Shown: positions 43,235-53,909 of the stretch, one piece after another | Layout: every line of letters starts with the position of its first letter | Numbering within the stretch: the first letter of the stretch is position 1 | From: a virus | DNA: 64,000 nucleotides | Virus record (IMG/VR): IMGVR_UViG_3300027708_000051 | Span: 1 to 64,000 of that record | Direction: 5' to 3' (one strand) | Notes under the pieces: generated by a model | What the model saw: only the letters and a program-made list of their open reading frames with translations | What the model was told of the DNA's origin: nothing | Database searches by the model: none | Program-made: the position numbers and the translations under genes

Positions 43235-43337
43235 TTTTATTATTTGTTTTACTATAAATAATCTAAAGTTTGATTTTATTAAAAATATAATTGACATTTG
43301 TTGTTAATAAATGGTGAGTTGGGAGATATTTATAAGT

Positions 43338-43538
43338 ATGAAACTGATAAATACAATATCTAATGTTGTCACAGAGGCAAAAGATGCTTATGAAAGAGCG
43401 TGTGACAGAGGTGTTCCTGAAAAAGAACTTGATAGATTAGAAAAAAACTATTATGAATCCTTAAAACTTCTAAGGATATATGAAAATTTAGGTAAACGTA
43501 ATTGTGATGAAGATTTAAAAACTAATAATAATCATTAA
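43338..43538 (+). CDS. Small hypothetical protein inserted antisense to the fibre operon
   Basis: 66 aa from ATG 43338, own GATATTTATA motif 3 nt upstream; occupies the gap between two minus-strand genes. Confidence 0.6.
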   Translation: MKLINTISNVVTEAKDAYERACDRGVPEKELDRLEKNYYESLKLLRIYENLGKRNCDEDLKTNNNH

Positions 43539-43556
43539 TCCATCACCTCACTTTTT

Positions 43557-45485
43557 TTATCCAGCACCAAGAGAACCTAATCTTCTTGGTGGTGTATCAA
43601 AAATCCAATTTGTATTTGAACCATTATTACCTGAACCACTTATTGCGTAAAAAGTATTTAATTGATATGCTGTAGAAGCATTAACAACTACATTTGGACA
43701 AATTACTAATCCTGGATTTAATTTATATAATCCAAATGCTACAGAGGTTGTTGAGTATAATAAAGTTTGGTTTGTTGAATTTCCAACTTGGAAGGTATCG
43801 AAAATATATGTTATTTGACTTGCTTGAAAAAAAATAACGTGAGCGGATAATGAAGTATTTATTGTAAAATCCTTAAAATTTTGAAAATAATTAGAACTGT
43901 TAATAATTGTTTGTGGATTTACAGAACCTGACCTATCTATATTTAAATTGTAATATTGGCCTGTACCCCCATTAAAACTTACTGATGTACCAGTTTTATC
44001 AGTTATCCTTATTGTGGATGTGCTTGGGTCTATATATAGAACTCCTTGAGTTATTCCAGCAACACTCCAAACAGTCCCTGTACCGTTTAAATTTATAATG
44101 GTATTACTACCTAACCCTAAATATCTAGTAGTTGTTGTTGAGGATGATTGTAATGAGAAAATATTACTTGTTGTATTTCCACTAAAATATAACTCACCAC
44201 TATTAAATTGTATATTACCTGATAATGTTGTATTTCCTAGTGTAACAGATGAATTAGTTATAGTTAATGTAGTTGATGATGTAATACTATAAAAATAACC
44301 CGTTGGTAAATAACCAACAACACTATTATTAAAAGTGATATTTGTTGTTAAATTTACAGAACCATAAAAATATACCAGCCCCCAATTAATAACATTTATT
44401 GCCGCAGGGTTTGTTGAACTTGTATTAGAATTATAATTTCCAAAAACTTCTAAAGAGTTCCCAAACCCTCCAGAATCATTACATTGTAACCAACCTGTAA
44501 GTTGTTTATTAAATGTTCTAAAAATGTGATTTGGATTACCAATATTATAACCATCCCCAAAAAATAAATTATTACTTGTTGACACGCTCATAGAGTCACA
44601 TAATATAACATCCCCATAAACTGTTAGTTGTGCGGTTGATGCCCAAGTAATGGTTGAACCTTCTATAAAAGTAAGACTAGCGATAACACTTGTTCCGATG
44701 TTCAAAGTTCCACCTGTTTTTGAAACAGTAATATAACGATAATCAGCTACGGTTGATGTTGACGTAATAGTTGTTAGAGCTGTTCCTGAACCTTCTATAT
44801 ATACATATGGTACAGTAATTGTACCTGTTAGAGATATTGTTCTAGCAACTGATGCGGTACTTGTTGAATGGAGTTCAGTAGTAATATAGAATGATAAATT
44901 AGTTTGTGTGGTGAGTGTTAATAATGTTCCAGTCCCTGTTAAATAAACATAATCAAAATAAAAATATCTAACATTCGTGTTGGATGAGGAAATAAGTCCC
45001 GCATATAAATAACTTCCACTAATATTACCAGCCGTTAATGTAAGTGTCCCTGTTAATATAATAGGGGAAATATTTTGATACCAATTTGCTCCAACTGTGT
45101 TAAATGTCATACTCCCTTTATGGGAAAGACCATTACACTCTATATATGAAGTGACTCCCGATACTGATGTAAAAGTTATTAAACCTGAATAAGTGTGAGT
45201 TCCACCTAAATAAAGAGCATTAGAACCACTACTACTAGTTACAATATTTAAAGCCCCTGTGCCTGCTAATGTTCCTGTAAAGAGTGAAAGGTCTAAAGTA
45301 TTACAAGTGGAGGTGGCAGCAATAGTTAACGTACCACTTCCTGATGCAGCATTTACAATAGCATTATCTGCAGTTGTTGGTACTCCCGCAACTCCACCTG
45401 TACCCCCTGAACCATTGTACCAATTTCCTGCTACTGACCAAGCGGCACTACCGTTACCCGCAACATACCAATACTTAGCCGCCAT
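43557..45485 (-). CDS. Beta-helix-like fibre/spike protein
   Basis: YWYVAG...W...GNW...SGGTGG.AGVPTTADNAI...SGSGTLTI followed by GTLT-type passenger-like beta repeats. Confidence 0.55.
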   Translation of the reverse strand: MAAKYWYVAGNGSAAWSVAGNWYNGSGGTGGVAGVPTTADNAIVNAASGSGTLTIAATSTCNTLDLSLFTGTLAGTGALNIVTSSSGSNALYLGGTHTYSGLITFTSVSGVTSYIECNGLSHKGSMTFNTVGANWYQNISPIILTGTLTLTAGNISGSYLYAGLISSSNTNVRYFYFDYVYLTGTGTLLTLTTQTNLSFYITTELHSTSTASVARTISLTGTITVPYVYIEGSGTALTTITSTSTVADYRYITVSKTGGTLNIGTSVIASLTFIEGSTITWASTAQLTVYGDVILCDSMSVSTSNNLFFGDGYNIGNPNHIFRTFNKQLTGWLQCNDSGGFGNSLEVFGNYNSNTSSTNPAAINVINWGLVYFYGSVNLTTNITFNNSVVGYLPTGYFYSITSSTTLTITNSSVTLGNTTLSGNIQFNSGELYFSGNTTSNIFSLQSSSTTTTRYLGLGSNTIINLNGTGTVWSVAGITQGVLYIDPSTSTIRITDKTGTSVSFNGGTGQYYNLNIDRSGSVNPQTIINSSNYFQNFKDFTINTSLSAHVIFFQASQITYIFDTFQVGNSTNQTLLYSTTSVAFGLYKLNPGLVICPNVVVNASTAYQLNTFYAISGSGNNGSNTNWIFDTPPRRLGSLGAG

Positions 45486-45489
45486 TTAA

Positions 45490-45738
45490 TTATAATGTGT
45501 TTAAATTCAATATGTTCAATACATAATTTTGTATTACAGTATCGTCTGTTCCCCACTCTAATACTATGTCGTGAGGAATAGTCACTGAACCACTGAATGA
45601 ATCTGAATCACCATTTATTTTCCAAAATACCTCAACGGTATCAGGAAATAATGGAAAAGCATTAATGGTAATATCAATAGTTTTCGCCTCCCAATTTAAT
45701 GGGTATGTAATTACGTTTGTAGGTTGTAAATTTGTCAT
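45490..45738 (-). CDS. Small fibre-associated protein (possible chaperone)
   Basis: 82 aa between fibre genes; EWGTDDTVIQNYVL motif; function inferred from position. Confidence 0.4.
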   Translation of the reverse strand: MTNLQPTNVITYPLNWEAKTIDITINAFPLFPDTVEVFWKINGDSDSFSGSVTIPHDIVLEWGTDDTVIQNYVLNILNLNTL

Positions 45739-45742
45739 AATG

Positions 45743-46093
45743 TTATTTATAAAATATGTTAATTATTAAATCGTTTGTTCCAACAGCATTCGCATCCGAA
45801 TCGGCAAGTCCGGTAACTGTTGTTATCGCAATTCCTGTTGAAAATGTTATCCCATCCGGTAATGAAACGTTTGCGGCAGATAAAGGTGGTATTACTAAAG
45901 AATATACTACTCCTGAACCTGCTGTAGGTGTTGTCGCAATATTATGAAAAGCAACTTTTCTTGCAGAACCGTTTGAATTGTAAATGTACCATCCATTAAC
46001 CGTTCCCCCACTTGCTTTAATAACAGAAGGATTAGTACTTGCTGCAGATGCTAAGTGATAATAAGATGCCGGAGATATAGGTGTATATGCCAT
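45743..46093 (-). CDS. Small beta-rich virion protein
   Basis: Start MAYTP at 46093, 2 nt after the upstream stop; VIKASGG..GWYIYN...GITFSTGI. Confidence 0.5.
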   Translation of the reverse strand: MAYTPISPASYYHLASAASTNPSVIKASGGTVNGWYIYNSNGSARKVAFHNIATTPTAGSGVVYSLVIPPLSAANVSLPDGITFSTGIAITTVTGLADSDANAVGTNDLIINIFYK

Positions 46094-46095
46094 AA

Positions 46096-49000
46096 TTATA
46101 TAATGTTCCAATTAGCACCATCGCTAATTAATGTTAATGATAAATATTGTGTTTTTATTAATGCCGTTAAACTTCCATCTATTGTTTGAGATGATGTTGT
46201 GTTTATTGTAATTGTACCGGTTCCAACATTTTTAATAACGTATGAATTGGTGTTACTGATTGATGTTGGGAGTGTTATTGTGATTGTGTTTGATGCGAAA
46301 TATATATAATCAGTATTTGAATTGTTTCCAGCATTTGTGTTAATAGACACTGAATTTATTGATTTTACAGATGATGCAGGTAAGTTAAGATACGTTGTTG
46401 CGGAAATTGTATTTGCAGTTAAACCATTTGTAAAGTTGGTTGCTCCTGTTACAGTTCCTCCGGTAAAACTTCCACCTGATGCAGGTAAGTTAAGATATGT
46501 TGTTGCTGATATTGTATTTGCCGTTAATCCACCTGTAAAGTTGGTTGCTCCTGACACTGTTCCTCCGGTAAAGGTAGAACTTGTTGTTATACCGGTTACA
46601 CTAAATGTTCCTCCGGTATTATTTGTAAATATAATTGTACTACCACTATAAGTACCACCTGTAACAAAAACGTCTGTAAGACCGGTTACATTAAATGTTC
46701 CACCCGTTACATTTGTGAAGGTTATTGTTGAAGTATTTTTATTAAAAGTACCACCGGTTACATAAACATCCGTTCCGCCCGTATATAACCCAGTAACATT
46801 AAATGTTCCTCCGGTGTTATTTGTAAAAGTCAAAGAACCTGATGAGTATGTACCTCCCGTTACTCTAATATCTGTTGGTAAATTCTGATATGTTGTTGCC
46901 GATATTGTATTGGCAGTTAAACCACCTGTAAAGTTGGTTGCACCTGATACAGTTCCACCGGTAAATGATGAACTTGACGTTATCCCTGTTACGTTAAATG
47001 TACCACCTGTGTTATTAGTAAATATGATTGTACTACCACTATAAGTACCACCTGTAACAAATATATCTTTAGATGTATTAAAGGTATGAGTATTACCACT
47101 TGAAACAATTGAAAATGTTGTTCCAGTATTTGTTCCTACTGCTAATATTTGTGCAGCTCCTGTAAGACTATTAAGAGCAGTGATACCTGTACCTGCCATT
47201 ATACCACTCTGTTGTGTTATAGTTAGTATAGTAGATTGTACAGCAGGATGTGCAAATGGACTTGTCTGAGCTGTTTCAGATATTATAGACATATTAATAT
47301 CAGCGCTTGCCCAATACAATTCTATTATATCTCCTGCTATTAATTCTATAAGATAATTCCATGCAGCCATCATATATGCAGGACTATTACCTTGTAATGA
47401 TATAACACCTGAACTTGCGGTTATATCAGTTCCATTTTTTCTTAACCAAAAATTTACATAATCAACACCTGCATCACTCTTATCCATTTGAGAAGAAAAC
47501 TGTAAATTGTAAATTCCTGTATTAGCAACAACAATCTGAGAAGTCATTGTTCCTGTATATGTAGCAGAAGTTCTAAGTTGAGAAACTGAAACTACATAAG
47601 TTCCTATTCCTCCTGTACCACTTGTAAATGCAGATATAAAAGTTCCTGCTGTTATACTACCACCTGTTAATACCATTCCTATCTTTAATGTTCCTGATGT
47701 AACACCTGTAACATTTAATATAGTTCCTGCACCTGCTCCACCATTACTTATAGTTCCTGTAAAAATAGCAGTTTGTGTTTGTAATGAAAATCCATTAGAT
47801 AAATCTGTAGTATCAAATTTTATTGCTCTTGGAGTATTTGCAGTTGGATTATCTTGTGTTGTACTATCTGATATTGCTAAGTAATATCCTGTAGGTGTAG
47901 CAGCAGTATTACTTCCCCATTTAAGACCTGTTGATGTTGTACTATCTGCTAATAAGACTTGTGTATCTAACCCTACTGGTAGTCTTGTATTAGTTGAATT
48001 AAATGTAAATAAATCACCTTTAGTTGTAAGAGGTGATGTTGTAAATCCTGTTACAGTAAATGTTCCTCCTGAATTATTTGTAAATATTGCATTACCAGCG
48101 GTGTATGTTCCCCCCGTAACAAAAATATCTTTTGGTAAGTTATAATATGTGGTTGCCGATATTGTGGTTGCGGTTAAACCATTATTATTTAATGTTACTC
48201 CCGGAGTTGTGATTGTTGTGGCAGATATTGTATTTGCTGATAATCCGTTTGTAAAGTTTGTTGCCCCCGATACAGTTCCTCCTGTAAAAGAAGTACCCGT
48301 ACTTGTACTAAACCCTGTAACATTAAATGTTCCTCCGGTATTGTTTGTAAATATTGCTGTTCCCGATGAATAGGTACCACCCGTAACAAAAATATCTTTT
48401 GGTAAATTATAATATGTGGTTGCCGATATTGTATTTGCCGTTAATCCATTTGTGAAATTGGTTGGACCTGTTACCGTTCCACCACTAAATGTTGATGGAG
48501 GTAAATTATAATATGTGGTTGCCGATATTGTATTGGCACTTAAACCATTTGTGAATATTGTTGGTCCTGTAACCGTCCCACCACTAAATGTGATACCACC
48601 ACCTGTTTGAAAGATTCTCCAATTTGCATTTGCACTTGTATAACCACCAACACCCTCAATAGTTGAGGCAGTCCAAGATTGTATAAATGATTGACCTGCA
48701 GATGAACGACTATTAACAACGGTTGTATAATCAGAATAAGTTACGGCAGAAAATCCTGTAAGACCGGTTATATTATTCCATAATGTGTCATAATTTGGTA
48801 TTACATATTGATAAACTTTATCTGTCTCGTGAACATATGCCATCATACCTAATCTTCTTCTACCTGAAGATATGTTATCCGAATTTAATGTTAAATAATC
48901 AGGAGATAAAAATGTACCATTACCTTTCATATATCGTATCGGTATGGTATTGGCAGATAATTGAATTAGTGATGGGTAAGTTGATGCCGTTAATGTTAAA

Positions 49001-49143
49001 GTTAAATCAGATAGGTTATATACTTCCATATAACCACCAACATTAAGTACTGAAAAGTTGGTCCCAAAAACTGATGTTCTTGAAACGGATTGTGGCGTTG
49101 ATACTTGAACGCTGGATATTGGATTTTTGTATGGTACTGACAT
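46096..49143 (-). CDS. Repeat-rich tail fibre with internal C1q-like module
   Basis: Repeats [28 protein letters not shown] and [24 protein letters not shown]; [10 protein letters not shown] motif; C1q-like [14 protein letters not shown]...WLRKNG...AGDIIELYW. Confidence 0.7.
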   Translation of the reverse strand: MSVPYKNPISSVQVSTPQSVSRTSVFGTNFSVLNVGGYMEVYNLSDLTLTLTASTYPSLIQLSANTIPIRYMKGNGTFLSPDYLTLNSDNISSGRRRLGMMAYVHETDKVYQYVIPNYDTLWNNITGLTGFSAVTYSDYTTVVNSRSSAGQSFIQSWTASTIEGVGGYTSANANWRIFQTGGGITFSGGTVTGPTIFTNGLSANTISATTYYNLPPSTFSGGTVTGPTNFTNGLTANTISATTYYNLPKDIFVTGGTYSSGTAIFTNNTGGTFNVTGFSTSTGTSFTGGTVSGATNFTNGLSANTISATTITTPGVTLNNNGLTATTISATTYYNLPKDIFVTGGTYTAGNAIFTNNSGGTFTVTGFTTSPLTTKGDLFTFNSTNTRLPVGLDTQVLLADSTTSTGLKWGSNTAATPTGYYLAISDSTTQDNPTANTPRAIKFDTTDLSNGFSLQTQTAIFTGTISNGGAGAGTILNVTGVTSGTLKIGMVLTGGSITAGTFISAFTSGTGGIGTYVVSVSQLRTSATYTGTMTSQIVVANTGIYNLQFSSQMDKSDAGVDYVNFWLRKNGTDITASSGVISLQGNSPAYMMAAWNYLIELIAGDIIELYWASADINMSIISETAQTSPFAHPAVQSTILTITQQSGIMAGTGITALNSLTGAAQILAVGTNTGTTFSIVSSGNTHTFNTSKDIFVTGGTYSGSTIIFTNNTGGTFNVTGITSSSSFTGGTVSGATNFTGGLTANTISATTYQNLPTDIRVTGGTYSSGSLTFTNNTGGTFNVTGLYTGGTDVYVTGGTFNKNTSTITFTNVTGGTFNVTGLTDVFVTGGTYSGSTIIFTNNTGGTFSVTGITTSSTFTGGTVSGATNFTGGLTANTISATTYLNLPASGGSFTGGTVTGATNFTNGLTANTISATTYLNLPASSVKSINSVSINTNAGNNSNTDYIYFASNTITITLPTSISNTNSYVIKNVGTGTITINTTSSQTIDGSLTALIKTQYLSLTLISDGANWNII
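46360..48600 (-). repeat. Dispersed coding direct repeats in the tail fibre
   Basis: Exact 35-bp ATTGTACTACCACTATAAGTACCACCTGTAACAAA at 46634 and 47027; AATATGTGGTTGCCGATATTGT at about 48144, 48411 and 48510. Confidence 0.85.
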
Positions 49144-49154
49144 AATAATAAATA

Positions 49155-50879
49155 CTATGTTTTTGTATTTCCTTTAAAGAATAATGACGATGATAATGAT
49201 GGTGGTGGAACTGAACTTGGGATTAAACAAGTTGGGTCAATCCAAAGAACTCTATATATGTTTGATGGGATTGCTGCACCACTTGAAACAACAACATTAG
49301 TTGATGCCAATACGGCATCAGGGATTGCGTTATAAACAATATCAGTAGAACAAGGTATATTTGAACCAATATCAATAGTCATATTTGTCATTGAACCACC
49401 TACCGCATTTAAAGGTATCCAAAGAGTGTAGAAATATTGTATATTTGGATTAATTTGTGTTGTTAATAATTCGATTGTATTGAATGAATATTGATGTTGA
49501 ATACAACCATAACTATCTGTACCAGTTCCAACTAATTGTCTAATGTGTCCTTTTAATGTTGATACATTAGTTATAAAGTTTCCATTACTTCCGGTAAATC
49601 CTGAGTAATGAATGTAAATATTTAAATCGTTAGAATAAGAACTAACAGATGGAACACCACCATTACCCCATCCTAAGAAACTAGTAGACCCACTATTATA
49701 CATATAAGTTCCTAAATTAGTTAATGATGTAGTGTCTTGTGGTTCCGGCACTAAATAAACATATGGGTCAAACACATATGGATATGTTGGGGTTGGAGTA
49801 TGTGTTGGTGTTATACTTGGTGTAGGTGTATGTGATGAGGTTATACTTGGTGTTGGTGTATGTGAAGGTGTTATACTTGGTGTAGGGGTGTGTGTTGGGG
49901 TGATTGTTGGTGTTATTGTAGGTGTAGGTGTAGGTGTTACAGCAATTGCACAACTAACATCTGATGACGCAGCACCAACACCAGGAATTGTTGTTTGAAC
50001 TAATGTAAATGTTGGTATTGTAATATCGTCAAGACGGTATACTTTTCCTGTTGAGTATTCAAAAAGATAAAGTTTATTATTTTTTGATGACAATCCATAT
50101 ACCCCTGTAATTGATGGATTAAGAGTTACATCATATTCAATAGTTCCTGTTGTATAATTATATTGAGTTAAATATATATTACCACCACCCACACTTGAAA
50201 CAAATAATTTATCTGTTGTAGGAAAATAATACAAATCTCCTCCAACTATTCTACCGGTTCCGGGTAATGAAAATTTATTAGTTATTGTTGGTATTGTTGT
50301 TGAGATATCTGCCTCAACTACAATATAGGACGACCCAGCAGTTGCTCCGGTGATTGTTGAAATTAAAGTATTCTCATCTTTAACACATAAACCTAATAAA
50401 GGTTTTGATGGGTATAGAGTTCTATTATATAATGCTAGAAATGGTGTTGAGTTGATATAATATTCGGTAATTTCTTGTGGATTATTAGTATCGGTAATCC
50501 AAAATTTATTACTATTATTTGCTATGTCACCAATTGATGGTAATGATGGGAATGTTAAATGTGTTAAAACATTCGTGTCAATATTATACTTAAATATATC
50601 TGTTGTACCTGTAGTAACATAACTTGAACAATCTATGGTTGTTGGAGGAATATTTAAACAATCAATAATTTTAAATCGTTCACATTTATCTGATGTTATT
50701 ATTTTAATACCCACCGCCGGTGCCATATTAAATGGTGGTGGTAATACAATTTCTATTGTTGGTGGAATTGAAGATATAACTTGAGCAACATAACCACAAT
50801 TACTACCATACACATCACATACGTAAATATCGTATGGGTAAGTTAAACCTGTGATGTTAAGTAATGTTATTGATGTCAT
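49155..50879 (-). CDS. Modular virion protein: N-terminal SprB-like Cys domain, propeller-like region, PT linker, C-terminal domain
   Basis: N-terminus homologous to ORF 53410-53631; blade-like motifs (GDIA..S.KFWITD, GGDLYY...DKLFVS, GLSS.NNKLYLF); TPTPT at about 49790-49940. Confidence 0.55.
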   Translation of the reverse strand: MTSITLLNITGLTYPYDIYVCDVYGSNCGYVAQVISSIPPTIEIVLPPPFNMAPAVGIKIITSDKCERFKIIDCLNIPPTTIDCSSYVTTGTTDIFKYNIDTNVLTHLTFPSLPSIGDIANNSNKFWITDTNNPQEITEYYINSTPFLALYNRTLYPSKPLLGLCVKDENTLISTITGATAGSSYIVVEADISTTIPTITNKFSLPGTGRIVGGDLYYFPTTDKLFVSSVGGGNIYLTQYNYTTGTIEYDVTLNPSITGVYGLSSKNNKLYLFEYSTGKVYRLDDITIPTFTLVQTTIPGVGAASSDVSCAIAVTPTPTPTITPTITPTHTPTPSITPSHTPTPSITSSHTPTPSITPTHTPTPTYPYVFDPYVYLVPEPQDTTSLTNLGTYMYNSGSTSFLGWGNGGVPSVSSYSNDLNIYIHYSGFTGSNGNFITNVSTLKGHIRQLVGTGTDSYGCIQHQYSFNTIELLTTQINPNIQYFYTLWIPLNAVGGSMTNMTIDIGSNIPCSTDIVYNAIPDAVLASTNVVVSSGAAIPSNIYRVLWIDPTCLIPSSVPPPSLSSSLFFKGNTKT

Positions 50880-50885
50880 AATTTA

Positions 50886-53408
50886 TTATGATATAGTTAT
50901 ATTAACATTTCTAGGTGGTGATTGTAATGTCGAATATGCCGATATGTTAGTGTATTTTGGTGTACTAGTACCTCTTAATTGTAGTATACCACTAGACCAA
51001 GTTGAATTTGAATAACTTGTTAGTAATTTATCAATATTTGTACTATTAAATCCTGAAGAACTACTAATTATAATTGTACTTAAATTTGTAAAAATTCTAG
51101 AACTATTTGAGAATGTTGTAATGGTATTATTACCACGAATTATTAAACGATTAATTGCTAAATGAACTAATGATAAATCTCCGGAAATAGTGTTCTGTCC
51201 TGATATAGTAATGTTTTTAGCGTTAGATGGTAAGTTTTGAATATTTCCTGAAATAGTGTTATGACCATCAATAAATATTTGATAATACGCGTAAGAATTA
51301 CCAAGAGTTCCAATATCACCGGTTACTGTATTGCTACCTTCTAAAGAAAAGAATGCCCCGGATTTTAAGTTTATTGAACTAATATTTCCTGAAATAACGT
51401 TATTACCTACAATTGACACTGTAATTAAGGTTGAATAGTTAAATGTGTTTATATTACCATATAATGTGTTTGAACCTGAAACCTCAATTCGGATTAAATT
51501 TGGGGGTAACGTTGAAATATCTCCAGTTACCGTATTATTACCGTATAATTGTATTTGAGTTGTACTATTAGGTAATCCACCTAAATCACCTGAAATAGTG
51601 TTAAGACCGCCAATGTATATTCTATATAAAGATGGTGTTGACAATAAAGCTATGTTTCCACTAATGATGTTTTGACCTTCAATCACAAGGTCTACAAGAG
51701 ATGATGATGGGATGTTTTGAATATTACCACTTAATGTATTATTACCACCTATAGCAAATGTTGTTAATGTTATTGGTAAATTGGCGACATTTCCTAGTAT
51801 CGTATTAGACATATTTAATGACGAGGATAAGTAATTAATTGTGAATGATTCAATAGTTGATGGTAAATATTGAATATCTCCGGATAAATTACCATAAGTT
51901 ACATAAAGAGTTATTAATGATGACGGTAATAAATTAAGATTTCCTGATAAAAATACTATATTCGCTACGTTAAAAACTGTTAGCCCATCTAATAGTGATA
52001 ATTGAGAAGTTCCAACCTCTAAATATCTAGTACTTGTGTCAGTTATTAATGGTAATGTACCGATGTTTGCTTGAAAAGTAGTAATTGAAGTTAAGTCAGA
52101 TGATTGAATTAATATATTTCCAGTGTATGGTGATGAATATGTGTGAGTGATTGCTATAGTTGTATTTGGAGTATATACCATAGTATTACCATCTCCCCAA
52201 ACAACCCTGAATGGTAAAAGTGGGGATATCACAAGACTAATAGAAACATTATTTAAACTTCTAGCTGTCATAGTAAATGTTTCGTTCATTGCTGCCGGTT
52301 GTGTTATAGTTGGTGTAAGTGTTGGAGTTGGTGTGTGTGTTGTTGTTGGAGTGTGTGTTGGTGTTATACTTGGTGTTACAGTGTGTGTTGGTGTTTGAGT
52401 TAGTGTTGGTGTATAAGTTGGTGTTTGAGTTAATGTTGGTGTATTAGTATGTGTAACACTCGGTGTTGGAGTGTGTGTTGGAGTGTGAGTTTGGGTTATA
52501 CTTGGTGTTGGTGTATGTGTAGGGCTTTGTGTTGGTGTTGGTGTTAAAGCTATTTGACAATAAACACAATCACCAGAATAAGAATAACCATAAGAACCTG
52601 ATAAAATATTAATATCATTTATGTTTCCGTGATTATAATCTATTCCTACATAAAAAATACATTTATTTGATGCGATTCCTGATATAGTTACAGATGCACC
52701 ATACACACTAAATAATTCAAACTGATATCCTGTTGGTTTTCCTGTGACATTATTACAATAGTAAAAATCACCATAATAACAATCTTGGAATTTTAAAGAC
52801 CCTGGGCAAATTATTTGACCGGTAATTGCAGAATAGTTGGCAAACCCATATAATGGACAATTTCTTGTTATTAAATCTGAATAAAATGGTAATATTGCTT
52901 TTTTATTCTTTGTGTTATATTTTGTTGGTGTTACTGTTGGGGTTGGTGTTGGGGTTGGTGTGTAAGTGTATCCGCTAGCGTCAATACCAATAATTGAACA
53001 AAAATTTGTTGAAGATGGTGTTATTGTTGGTGTTGGAGTTACACTTGCACTTGGAGTTGGTGTTGGGGTTGGTATATATTCACAATCAAATAATGCTGTA
53101 AAATCTAACACATCACAATTTTGTGTTGGGGTTGGAGTAGGTGTAGGACACATTCCACTAAAAACGTAAACACTTGATAAGTCAGGACAAGAACTTGTGC
53201 ACGGATATTTTCCCGTTAAATAACAAGTTCCTCCTAATGTATCAGATAAACACCAATAACTTGTTGCACCTGTTGAATAATATATAGTCCAACCACTAGT
53301 TTGACCTGTCCAATAGGATTTACCATTATAGGTTCCTCCTGTTATGTAGTTATCATCGGCACCTACTAATCCGGTGTTATTTATACAATATGTAGAACTA
53401 CAAGGCAT
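50886..53408 (-). CDS. Cys-rich, PT-linker protein with PKD-like domain and C-terminal leucine-rich repeats
   Basis: Several TPTPT tracts; VVWGDG...HTY; more than 10 repeats of about 22-24 aa (L..L.I.G.NTISG.I..LP). Confidence 0.65.
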   Translation of the reverse strand: MPCSSTYCINNTGLVGADDNYITGGTYNGKSYWTGQTSGWTIYYSTGATSYWCLSDTLGGTCYLTGKYPCTSSCPDLSSVYVFSGMCPTPTPTPTQNCDVLDFTALFDCEYIPTPTPTPSASVTPTPTITPSSTNFCSIIGIDASGYTYTPTPTPTPTVTPTKYNTKNKKAILPFYSDLITRNCPLYGFANYSAITGQIICPGSLKFQDCYYGDFYYCNNVTGKPTGYQFELFSVYGASVTISGIASNKCIFYVGIDYNHGNINDINILSGSYGYSYSGDCVYCQIALTPTPTQSPTHTPTPSITQTHTPTHTPTPSVTHTNTPTLTQTPTYTPTLTQTPTHTVTPSITPTHTPTTTHTPTPTLTPTITQPAAMNETFTMTARSLNNVSISLVISPLLPFRVVWGDGNTMVYTPNTTIAITHTYSSPYTGNILIQSSDLTSITTFQANIGTLPLITDTSTRYLEVGTSQLSLLDGLTVFNVANIVFLSGNLNLLPSSLITLYVTYGNLSGDIQYLPSTIESFTINYLSSSLNMSNTILGNVANLPITLTTFAIGGNNTLSGNIQNIPSSSLVDLVIEGQNIISGNIALLSTPSLYRIYIGGLNTISGDLGGLPNSTTQIQLYGNNTVTGDISTLPPNLIRIEVSGSNTLYGNINTFNYSTLITVSIVGNNVISGNISSINLKSGAFFSLEGSNTVTGDIGTLGNSYAYYQIFIDGHNTISGNIQNLPSNAKNITISGQNTISGDLSLVHLAINRLIIRGNNTITTFSNSSRIFTNLSTIIISSSSGFNSTNIDKLLTSYSNSTWSSGILQLRGTSTPKYTNISAYSTLQSPPRNVNITIS

Positions 53409-53409
53409 A

Positions 53410-53631
53410 TTAAATTAGGATATTTGAAATTGATGTGCAACCATTATTATCGACAACTTTTAAATTGTAAGACGGATTATTTTCCAAAATCACGGGAACC
53501 TGAAAATTGTAAGGTAATGATGATGACGGAATTGTGTCAATATAAATGCAAGTAACATTTGTTTGGTCACACAAATAAAGATTAAAAGGTGTTGCTCCTG
53601 ATATGTTATTGATATTAATGTTTGTCGGCAT
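53410..53631 (-). CDS. Single-domain SprB-like Cys protein
   Basis: [13 protein letters not shown]...C...[11 protein letters not shown]; paralog of the N-terminus of 49155-50879; TATTTAT motif 19 nt upstream. Confidence 0.6.
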   Translation of the reverse strand: MPTNININNISGATPFNLYLCDQTNVTCIYIDTIPSSSLPYNFQVPVILENNPSYNLKVVDNNGCTSISNILI

Positions 53632-53750
53632 TTGATTAAAAGTTATTATCATAAATATAGTGGCATTAAAAAACTAATAAAGTTTTGATAATAATAATTT
53701 ATTTATTAAAAAAAAATGATACTTTTACAAAAAATAAGATATTTATACAT

Positions 53751-53909
53751 ATGGGGCGTAAAAAAATTAAAACAGAAGAAAAAAAAATTAGGATGTCTAT
53801 AACAATAGACCCTAATATTGAAAAAATAATTAGAGATAAACATATTAATTTATCATCGTTGACTAATAAATTATTAACAGAATATTTTGGTGATGAAAAA
53901 AATATGTAG
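53751..53909 (+). CDS. Ribbon-helix-helix (CopG/CcdA-like) DNA-binding protein
   Basis: KIRMSITIDPNIEKIIRDKHINLSSLTNKLLTEYF fits the RHH strand-helix-helix pattern; ATG 53751 lies 3 nt after TATTTATA. Confidence 0.6.
   Translation: MGRKKIKTEEKKIRMSITIDPNIEKIIRDKHINLSSLTNKLLTEYFGDEKNM

Noticed and set aside
43291-43320. TTGACA as a sigma70 -35 box
   Set aside because: No plausible -10 hexamer at 16-18 nt spacing; the adjacent TATTTATA explains the downstream gene better
36640-53150. Tandem ACACCA/TGGTGT tracts as CRISPR arrays or DNA satellites
   Set aside because: They are in-frame Thr-Pro codon repeats with synonymous variation; there is no constant repeat-spacer structure and no cas operon
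46096-53408. Diversity-generating retroelement acting on the fibres
   Set aside because: No reverse transcriptase in the window and no template/variable repeat pair differing only at adenines was seen; a DGR elsewhere in the genome cannot be excluded
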